This document shows, one piece after another, positions 37,587 to 64,000 of a stretch of DNA of 64,000 nt (positions are counted from its first letter, which is position 1; every line of letters starts with the position of its first letter). The notes beneath the pieces are model-generated. The model saw only the letters and a program-made list of their open reading frames with translations. It was not told where the DNA came from and did no database searches. Source of the DNA: Balanoglossus misakiensis (taxonomy: Eukaryota > Animalia > Hemichordata); assembly GCA_040954595.2 (NCBI GenBank), contig CM082594.2, positions 8,687,573-8,751,572 on the forward strand. The letters run 5' to 3'. Position numbers and translations under genes: made by a program.

Positions 37587-40067
37587 ATGTATGATCCGCT
37601 TAATTTGAGCCAAGTACGTCATGAACAACGCCGGGTTGCTGCTCTTCTCAACTCATCGGGAGCACTTGATGTTCACCCATTTGTAAGTATCAACCGTGAG
37701 TCACTTTGCGAATTTTATGGTGTGTGCGTGCGTAGCTGCGTGCGACAGGGTCCTGAAATCTAAACTCGACACTCCTTCAAATGGACCAATTTGTGATTTC
37801 TCCCGACAAAAAATAGACCATCCATTCCTTTACCATGCACTCGTCTATCATGAACCAAATGGTACCTAAAACCGTCCACCACCATTTTTATCAACCCATC
37901 GTTGACATCAGTATGACCATATCATGAAAACTAAGAACCCCGTCTTCTGCGCAAGCTCGTGACAAGCAGAGCGAACACCGGAAAGCTCAGGCCGGCAATA
38001 ATGGCAAGCATTGTGTTTAGCATTTAGTCGCAACACCGTGTTGGTTGGTTGCCGGCCGGCAATGTTTTCCAGTTCGTCAATAATTTAGAACCACTTTACA
38101 CCATCAGTTTATCGTTAGTAATTGAAAAAAGTGAATTATCGATGAATTATGAATTAGAAAAGAAGGTATCCGGGGTTTTGCAAGCTTTCCTTCTTGCAAC
38201 GTCACTACATTAATTGATTAATTTATGACTTGTATGGCTCCGCAGCGGAACAAAAACACACGTACTTACTAATTATTGCCTGCTACTGAGCTCGTCTGGT
38301 CGTCATAGCAACTGCGTATTTGTAGATAAACAAAACCTTCACCTTACCCTTTTTTGCTTTCAGACTCAACAACATAGAGCGCCTACTGATCAACTCTACA
38401 AAAACCAGTATCACAAGACATTTCAGAAAGATGGCCACGGGGCGTCACTCAACGCCGGGAACTGGGACAACTCCGCCCGAACGCCGGACACCAAGGAACG
38501 GGACGATTACGGTCGTAAGCCGCAGCCGAAGAAAACGCTACAAGAGACAGCCTACGAACACTTTGACCGCCTTAATTTCCCAAAGAAACCAAGTGAAATT
38601 GATAGAAGGAACCAGATAGCTGGGAAGAAGGCCCCAGTGCAACAGAAATACGACGTTGACCCGAAACGAAAAAATTCAACCTCACGACCATTAGGTGGCG
38701 CTCTGCAAAGTAAGGAAGATGATAAGTTACGGGACGTCTTGCGGATTTCTTCCGGCGATGTCTCCAGGAATGCTCCTTACAGATTGCCGCGGAAGGCGCA
38801 GATTACAAGAAATCTCGAGGTAGCAATTGCACGATCAAGGAGGAACAGGAAAAATGTAGACGGTCGGAATCTGAAGCCTTTAGCAATACCGACTGGACAG
38901 AGTGCGTCGGAGAGAAAAAGTACTCCAGTCGCCCGCTTGAAGTTGAAACACGATGACATAGGGAAAGGGTTGGACCTCGGGAAGCGGATCAGCGAGGCGG
39001 AATCGGCCAGGCTGAGTCCTCTTATGATCTCCCCGCTGAAAACACCAATACACGATCGCGTGGACGTCAAGTCAGAAAGTTCGGGTCGAGGGGTCTCGGC
39101 GCAGACTTCGTTGTGCGGGGACGAGGATGCGACGGCAGCGTCGCGAGCCTCGTCGAGCCTCAGTTCGGGTATCGGCACCTACCGAGCTGACGACGAAGCG
39201 ACGAAAGAATCCGTGGCGGAGGCGCCGAAAGACGACGGGCTGTCCCGGCAAACGACCGAGGACACGCTGTGGTTCCAAAGACACGGACACACCAAGTCAG
39301 CGTGGTTGAGGAAACGTATGAGGGAAGAAGCTGAAAAACGGAGGAAAGATGCCGCGGCTGCTGACGCGAACAAGAACGACACCCGGGCGGGAAAGGGCTT
39401 GAACGACATTCGGAAAGCAAGGCAAAGACTTACATCGGACGTTTACAAACATGCAAATATAGATGCATACAGACAGGCCTACATCAAAGCGCTGGCGGTG
39501 GCGAGGAGTCGCGGTTTACCAAAAGAGCCATGGATGCTGGGAACGAGGACCAGCCGGGCATTCACTTTCTCCTACTTCACTCACGTGCCCACCTGCATGT
39601 GCGGACAATGCCCCCAGAAGCCGAGGGAACCTAAACCGAAACAAAACGAGATGAAGATGATCTTTGGCGATGTGAAAATGATGGATTACTACAAGTCCCC
39701 TGCCGTTGTCAAATCGAAACGTCGATTTGGCCGAAAATCGCGGGAGGTGTATGCAACGGCGATGAACTCCCTGAACGAGGAGGATGAGGGGGACACCAAG
39801 GGCGCCCCCATTAAACTCCCACCCATAGGTAACCATAGCAACAACTCAGAGGAGTCTCTGTCACAACAGGGTGAAAACGAAGAACGGACTGAAAACGACG
39901 ACGAGTATAGCGGATGCGACGAACAGAACGATAAACTGTCTGATTCGTTGCTAAGTGACGATGAAAACGGTGACAGAGGCGCCTTGAAAGATACCAAACG
40001 TGTATCGTTCAAAAAACATGACGGGGAAACGTCCGGTTATGATTCAGATACTTCAACTGAAATGTAA
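37587..40067 (+). CDS. Uncharacterised ~599-aa protein (basic, low-complexity, acidic C-terminus), at least 2 coding exons
   Basis: Exon 37584/37587-37682 (tag|GAA ATG YDPLNLSQVRHEQRRVAALLNSSGALDVHPF|gtaagt) splices phase 0 to 38364 (tttttgctttcag|ACT). That frame is open into the 476-aa ORF 38637-40067; 96+1704=1800 nt. Coding-like GC content and motif WMLGTRTSRAFTFSYFTHVPTCMCGQC. The first exon has an acceptor just before the ATG, so further 5' exons are likely. Confidence 0.8.
38299..38312. promoter_or_regulatory. RFX X-box-like element in intron of the uncharacterised gene
   Basis: gtcgtcatagcaac fits the 14-bp imperfect-palindrome X-box consensus GTYNYC-AT-RGCAAC. Confidence 0.4.
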
Positions 40068-41814
40068 TGTTCAATAACTATTTGTGGACGATTCGAGACC
40101 TCATCGGGGAAAGTGCGAGATCTTCTGATTGAGGATAATTTTGTATAATGAAAAATATGACAATGGAAAGCTTTTCTCTGTTGCGATCATCAAAATCAAT
40201 TTTGCGGCTATAAAATGTAAAGATATTTACCTACAGACTATAAAAGTTATATTCTAGTACATATATTCAATTATATCGACCTGATCACGTCATTGTAATT
40301 TTTTAGCAAGTTTGAAACTTTCTTGTGATCACATTTACGGAATGTATTTTAAGTTATTTTAGCTGCTTTTGATTGACAAAATCGTATCGAAAAAACACCC
40401 CTAAAAGATACAGCTTTTGGCGCTTTAAAACAATCATGGCTGTTTCGATTCACGGAACTTATCTTATTGATTTGTCCTTTGAGGTAATCAATTTGAAAAT
40501 ATAAGTTTCATGCATAATCGCCCATTAAAGGACATTGTCTTTTGTCTAAGTCGATATGTTTATTCTGCTACATATATGGATATAGCCTTGTTTAAAAACG
40601 AAAGTTTTGTGGTGCTTAAACTGGTGGAACACCGCTACTTCTAACCCTGCGTCTGCGTAACACCGGGAGCACACAGACCTGTACGCAGAGCTATGCTACT
40701 TCGAAAGATTTATTAAACCCCCCGCGAGGTGGCGTGTATCAAGATGCCACACACAGGTGCGCAGATTGCGCACGTGTACGGTGCTCTGATTAATTTGACC
40801 TGAAACTCGTGTAAACGTTCACTTTCCAAGTGAATTTCCGACTGTCTTTGTTCGTCTTCTGGTCGAAATGGATCTGAGTAGGATTTGTGGTGAATTACTG
40901 CGTTGGTTTCACGTAAATCACGGCATGATGTGATGAATCCGTCGAACAACACGTGTACTCTTCAAATAAGGTAAGGTATCATATAATTATTTGCATAAAT
41001 CAACATATATGCTAATTCAGAGCCAGCAGACCAAGTGTGTTCATGCAAGGAACAGCCAATCGGGGCCAATCGGGACTTGCAATCATTCCAGAAAACCACT
41101 CAGGAAAAACAATTGATTATAACAACTGCTACAATGAAACAAATTAATTTTACTGTAGCCAGGAATACAAAGCGAGTAATTTAGTGGTGATTTAGGACTA
41201 CAGAAAACAGAGTTTGAGATATATCACAAACAGCGCCCTCTTTGGCAACAAATTGATTTTTGAGAAAGCATATACGTATGGTGTTTTGCAGACCACAAAC
41301 GTACGCGGACATATTAAGCATATTGAAAAACCCATTTTATTTCCCAGAAAAAAAAATTATTTCCCTTCGCCGTAAAATGCACGCCTTTAGACTATAAAGA
41401 AAAATGGGTTTCCTCAGTCACAGAATGGTGAAATATCCAGAGCTCTTAGACTAGTTTTGTATTGACAAGTACTGTGAACCAAGCACAGTAGGGAAAATAA
41501 ATGATATACACATCACTTTTGAAATTCAAAATTCAACTTTCAAAGACATTTTTACATACATTTCCAGTGATTTTTCTGGTTGTTTTCAAAGAATAAGATG
41601 CTAATTTCCAATTTATTTTGTCAAGTCCTTATATAGCATAAATGGTCTATATTTTACATCATCATATTAAGTAATGCTTACAGATGATTTTCCACAAGTA
41701 AATTTGATTTATTCATGACTTTCAACTAAGTGTTACCAAAGTCCCAGATTTTCCAGGGGCCTATGAATCATGGCCTTTGAACTTGACTGCAAAGTTGACA
41801 CTTTTCTGCTGTAC

Positions 41815-58374
<16,560 letters not shown>

Positions 58375-58744
58375 GTCGGGTTACATTCGGATCGCCGGTC
58401 GTGTGAAATACTAGCTCCACTCAAAGTTCTGTCGTGAATTGAGCAAATATTTGTCACGTGACTTAATTTATTAAAAATCGTAACAAGGCGATGCTCTGGT
58501 AGAAGGCTTTTTGTTTATTTTGCTAACAGGATCAAATCTTGATTTTCCTGATATGATAACAATGTTGCTAGAACTCCCTAGCATCGAGATTTTGCTCATA
58601 CTTTGACATATATATTTGAGGAATATACTGGCGCCCTCTGTTTCTTGCTAGTCAAGTTACCAATGATTCAAAAACTATTCTTTGGCAGCTGAAGATAGAG
58701 AGAAAATGACCCCGACCAACAGCGGGGACGTCACTGCGTCATTT

Positions 58745-61700
58745 TTGGACATTTTTCATTGGGCTGTAGCTCATGGTAATCGTCAAAAATCGACAATTTT
58801 TCGACTTCGCGAATTTTCAAAATTTGGCCATTTTTTTTGAGAAAAAGCATGGATTATAGCTCATGAAAATCGTCAACAATCGATAATTTTTCGACTTCGC
58901 GAATTTTAAAAATCTGGCCATTTTTTGAGAAAAAGCATGGGTTATAGCTCATGAAAATCGTCAAAAATCGACAATTTTTCGACTTCGAGAATTTTCAAAA
59001 TCTGGCCATTTTTGAGAAAAACCATGGGTTATAGCTCAGGAAATCGTCCAAAAATGACAATTTTTCGACTTCCCGGCATTTCAAAATTTCATCGATTTTT
59101 GACAAAAACCATGGGTTATAGCTCAGGAAATCGTCCAAAAATGACAATTTTTCGACTTCCCGGCATGTCAAAATTTCATCGATTTTTGACAAAAACCATG
59201 GGTTATAGCTCAGGAAATCGTCCAAAAATGACAATTTTTCGACTTCCCGGCATGTCAAAATTTCATCGATTTTTGACAAAAACCATGGGTTATAGCTCAG
59301 GAAATCGTCCAAAAATGACAATTTTTCGACTTCCCGGCATTTCAAAATTTCATCGATTTTTGACAAAAACCATGGGTTATAGCTCAGGAAATCGTCCAAA
59401 AATGACAATTTTTCGACTTCCCGGCATTTCAAAATTTCATCGATTTTTGACAAAAACCATGGGTTATAGCTCAGGAAATCGTCCAAAAATGACAATTTTT
59501 CGACTTCCCGGCATTTCAAAATTTCATCGATTTTTGACAAAAACCATGGGTTATAGCTCAGGAAATCGTCCAAAAATGACAATTTTTCGACTTCCCGGCA
59601 TTTCAAAATTTCATCGATTTTTGACAAAAACCATGGGTTATAGCTCAGGAAATCGTCCAAAAATGACAATTTTTCGACTTCCCGGCATTTCAAAATTTCA
59701 TCGATTTTTTGACAAAAACCATGGGTTATAGCTCAGGAAATCGTCCAAAAATGACAATTTTTCGACTTCCCGGCATTTCAAAATTTCATCGATTTTTGAC
59801 AAAAACCATGGGTTATAGCTCAGGAAAACGTCCAAAAATGACAATTTTTCGACTTCCCGGCATTTCAAAATTTCATCGATTTTTGACAAAAACCATGGGT
59901 TATAGCTCAGGAAAACGTCCAAAAATGACAATTTTTCGACTTCCCGGCATTTCAAAATTTCATCGATTTTTGACAAAAACCATGGGTTATAGCTCAGGAA
60001 ATCGTCCAAAAATGACAATTTTTCGACTTCCCGGCATTTCAAAATTTCATCGATTTTTTGACAAAAACCATGGGTTATAGCTCAGGAAATCGTCCAAAAA
60101 TGACAATTTTTCGACTTCCCGGCATTTCAAAATTTCATCGATTTTTGACAAAAACCATGGGTTATAGCTCAGGAAATCGTCCGAAAATGACAATTTTTCG
60201 ACTTCCCGGCATTTCAAAATTTCATCGATTTTTGACAAAAACCATGGGTTATAGCTCAGGAAATCGTCCAAAAATGACAATTTTTCGACTTCCCGGCATT
60301 TCAAAATTTCATCGATTTTTGACAAAAACCATGGGTTATAGCTCAGGAAATCGTCCAAAAATGACAATTTTTCGACTTCCCGGCATTTCAAAATTTCATC
60401 GATTTTTGACAAAAACCATGGGTTATAGCTCAGGAAATCGTCCAAAAATGACAATTTTTCGACCTCCCGGCATTTCAAAATTTCATCGATTTTTGACAAA
60501 AACCATGGGTTATAGCTCAGGAAATCGTCCAAAAATGACAATTTTTCGACCTCCCGGCATTTCAAAATTTCATCGATTTTTGACAAAAACCATGGGTTAT
60601 AGCTCAGGAAATCGTCCAAAAATGACAATTTTTCGACTTCCCGGCATTTCAAAATTTCATCGATTTTTGACAAAAACCATGGGTTATAGCTCAGGAAATC
60701 GTCCAAAAATGACAATTTTTCGACTTCCCGGCATTTCAAAATTTCATCGATTTTTGACAAAAACCATGGGTTATAGCTCAGGAAATCGTCCGAAAATGAC
60801 AATTTTTCGACTTCCCGGCATTTCAAAATTTCATCGATTTTTGACAAAAAACCATGGGTTATAGCTCAGGAAATCGTCCGAAAATGACAATTTTTCGACT
60901 TCCCGGCATTTCAAAATTTCATCGATTTTTGACAAAAAACCATGGGTTATAGCTCAGGAAATCGTCCGAAAATGACAATTTTTCGACTTCCCGGCATTTC
61001 AAAATTTCATCGATTTTTTGCCAAAAACCATGGGTTATAGCTCAGGAAATCGTCCAAAAATGACAATTTTTCGACTTCCCGGCATTTCAAAATTTCATCG
61101 ATTTTTGACAAAAACCATGGGTTATAGCTCAGGAAATCGTCCAAAAATGACAATTTTTCGACTTCCCGGCATTTCAAAATTTCATCGATTTTTGACAAAA
61201 ACCATGGGTTATAGCTCAGGAAATCGTCCAAAAATGACAATTTTTCGACTTCCCGGCATTTCAAAATTTCATCGATTTTTGACAAAAACCATGGGTTATA
61301 GCTCAGGAAATCGTCCAAAAATGACAATTTTTCGACTTCCCGGCATTTCAAAATTTCATCGATTTTTGACAAAACCATGGGTTATAGCTCAGGAAATCGT
61401 CCAAAAATGACAATTTTTCGACTTCCCGGCATTTCAAAATTTCATCGATTTTTGACAAAAACCATGGGTTATAGCTCAGGAAATCGTCCAAAAATGACAA
61501 TTTTTCGACTTCCCGGCATTTCAAAATTTCATCGATTTTTGACAAAAACCATGGGTTATAGCTCAGGAAATCGTCCAAAAATGACAATTTTTCGACTTCC
61601 CGGCATTTCAAAATTTCATCGATTTTTGACAAAAACCATGGGTTATAGCTCAGGAAATCGTCCAAAAATGACAATTTTTCGACTTCCCGGCATTTCAAAA

Positions 61701-64000
61701 TTTCATCGATTTTTGACAAAAACCATGGGTTATAGCTCAGGAAATCGTCCGAAAATGACAATTTTTCGACTTCCCGGCATTTCAAAATTTCATCGATTTT
61801 TGACAAAAACCATGGGTTATAGCTCAGGAAATCGTCCGAAAATGACAATTTTTCGACTTCCCGGCATTTCAAAATTTCATCGATTTTTGACAAAAAACCA
61901 TGGGTTATAGCTCAGGAAATCGTCCGAAAATGACAATTTTTCGACTTCCCGGCATTTCAAAATTTCATCGATTTTTGACAAAAACCATGGGTTATAGCTC
62001 AGGAAATCGTCCAAAAATGACAATTTTTCGACTTCCCGGCATTTCAAAATTTCATCGATTTTTTGCCAAAAACCATGGGTTATAGCTCAGGAAATCGTCC
62101 AAAAATGACAATTTTTCGACTTCCCGGCATTTCAAAATTTCATCGATTTTTGACAAAAACCATGGGTTATAGCTCAGGAAATCGTCCAAAAATGACAATT
62201 TTTCGACTTCCCGGCATTTCAAAATTTCATCGATTTTTGACAAAAACCATGGGTTATAGCTCAGGAAATCGTCCAAAAATGACAATTTTTCGACTTCCCG
62301 GCATTTCAAAATTTCATCGATTTTTGACAAAACCATGGGTTATAGCTCAGGAAATCGTCCAAAAATGACAATTTTTCGACTTCCCGGCATTTCAAAATTT
62401 CATCGATTTTTGACAAAAACCATGGGTTATAGCTCAGGAAATCGTCCAAAAATGACAATTTTTCGACTTCCCGGCATTTCAAAATTTCATCGATTTTTTG
62501 ACAAAAACCATGGGTTATAGCTCAGGAAATCGTCCAAAAATGACAATTTTTCGACTTCCCGGCATTTCAAAATTTCATCGATTTTTGACAAAAACCATGG
62601 GTTATAGCTCAGGAAATCGTCCAAAAATGACAATTTTTCGACTTCCCGGCATTTCAAAATTTCATCGATTTTTGACAAAAACCATGGGTTATAGCTCAGG
62701 AAATCGTCCAAAAATGACAATTTTTCGACTTCCCGGCATTTCAAAATTTCATCGATTTTTGACAAAAACCATGGGTTATAGCTCAGGAAATCGTCCAAAA
62801 ATGACAATTTTTCGACCTCCCGGCATTTCAAAATTTCATCGATTTTTGACAAAAACCATGGGTTATAGCTCAGGAAATCGTCCGAAAATGACAATTTTTC
62901 GACCTCCCGGCATTTCAAAATTTCATCGATTTTTGACAAAAACCATGGGTTATAGCTCAGGAAATCGTCCGAAAATGACAATTTTTCGACCTCCCGGCAT
63001 TTCAAAATTTCATCGATTTTTGACAAAAACCATGGGTTATAGCTCAGGAAATCGTCCGAAAATGACAATTTTTCGACCTCCCGGCATTTCAAAATTTCAT
63101 CGATTTTTGACAAAAACCATGGGTTATAGCTCAGGAAATCGTCCGAAAATGACAATTTTTCGACTTCCCGGCATTTCAAAATTTCATCGATTTTTGACAA
63201 AAACCATGGGTTATAGCTCAGGAAATCGTCCAAAAATGACAATTTTTCGACTTCCCGGCATTTCAAAATTTCATCGATTTTTGACAAAAACCATGGGTTA
63301 TAGCTCAGGAAATCGTCCAAAAATGACAATTTTTCGACTTCCCGGCATTTCAAAATTTCATCGATTTTTGACAAAAACCATGGGTTATACCTCAGGAAAT
63401 CGTCCGAAAATGACAATTTTTCGACTTCCCGGCATTTCAAAATTTCATCGATTTTTGACAAAAAACCATGGGTTATAGCTCAGGAAATCGTCCGAAAATG
63501 ACAATTTTTCGACTTCCCGGCATTTCAAAATTTCATCGATTTTTGACAAAAAACCATGGGTTATAGCTCAGGAAATCGTCCGAAAATGACAATTTTTCGA
63601 CTTCCCGGCATTTCAAAATTTCATCGATTTTTGACAAAAACCATGGGTTATAGCTCAGGAAATCGTCCGAAAATGACAATTTTTCGACTTCCCGGCATTT
63701 CAAAATTTCAACGATTTTTGACAAAAACCATGGGTTATAGCTCAGGAAATCGTCCAAAAATGACAATTTTTCGACTTCCCGGCATTTCAAAATTTCATCG
63801 ATTTTTGACAAAAACCATGGGTTATAGCTCAGGAAATCGTCCAAAAATGACAATTTTTCGACTTCCCGGCATGTCAAAATTTCATCGATTTTTGACAAAA
63901 ACCATGGGTTATAGCTCAGGAAATCGTCCAAAAATGACAATTTTTCGACTTCCCGGCATGTCAAAATTTCATCGATTTTTGACAAAAACCATGGGTTATA
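58745..64000. repeat. 87-bp tandem satellite array (~60 units visible, continues past window end)
   Basis: Unit aaaccatgggttatagctcaggaaatcgtccaaaaatgacaatttttcgacttcccggcatttcaaaatttcatcgatttttgacaa. Units are near-identical from ~59020 onward, with ~3 diverged units at the left edge. Confidence 0.98.

Noticed and set aside
38777-40012. Antisense ORFs over the 38364-40067 exon
   Set aside because: Shadow frames of a GC-rich coding exon.
58995-63985. Long ORFs on both strands with 29-aa repeats
   Set aside because: Artefact of an 87-bp (multiple of 3) satellite. Frames break at random homopolymer indels, and there is no unique start or splice context.
58745-64000. CRISPR array
   Set aside because: Units are contiguous and near-identical with no unique spacers; the context is eukaryotic and has no cas genes.

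Overview
Eukaryotic, intron-rich animal DNA with GT-AG introns. It is probably from a marine invertebrate bilaterian (inference from gene content). I reconstructed three genes by hand from splice sites and reading-frame phase. (1) A glass-family 5x C2H2 zinc-finger transcription factor (+, 11666-15970, 5 exons, 410 aa). (2) An uncharacterised ~599-aa basic/low-complexity protein (+, 37587-40067) with an intronic RFX X-box and possible extra upstream exons. (3) A convergent 43-exon, ~2050-aa type-I membrane lectin (-, 58374-41815) with a signal peptide, 12 C-type lectin domains (CTLDs), a PAN/Apple domain, a Methyltransf_FA (FAMeT-like) domain, a TM helix and a short tail. The FAMeT-like domain is a symmetric exon inserted INSIDE CTLD6. 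An 87-bp satellite starts ~370 bp upstream of the lectin ATG and runs off the window end. Non-coding DNA holds several 23-33-bp CA...TG hairpins flanked by 7-bp target-site duplications (probable P-superfamily excision footprints, two stacked at one site), two TTAA/piggyBac-type MITE copies, microsatellites and a 34-bp minisatellite. No prokaryotic features, CRISPR, rRNA or intact tRNA were seen.
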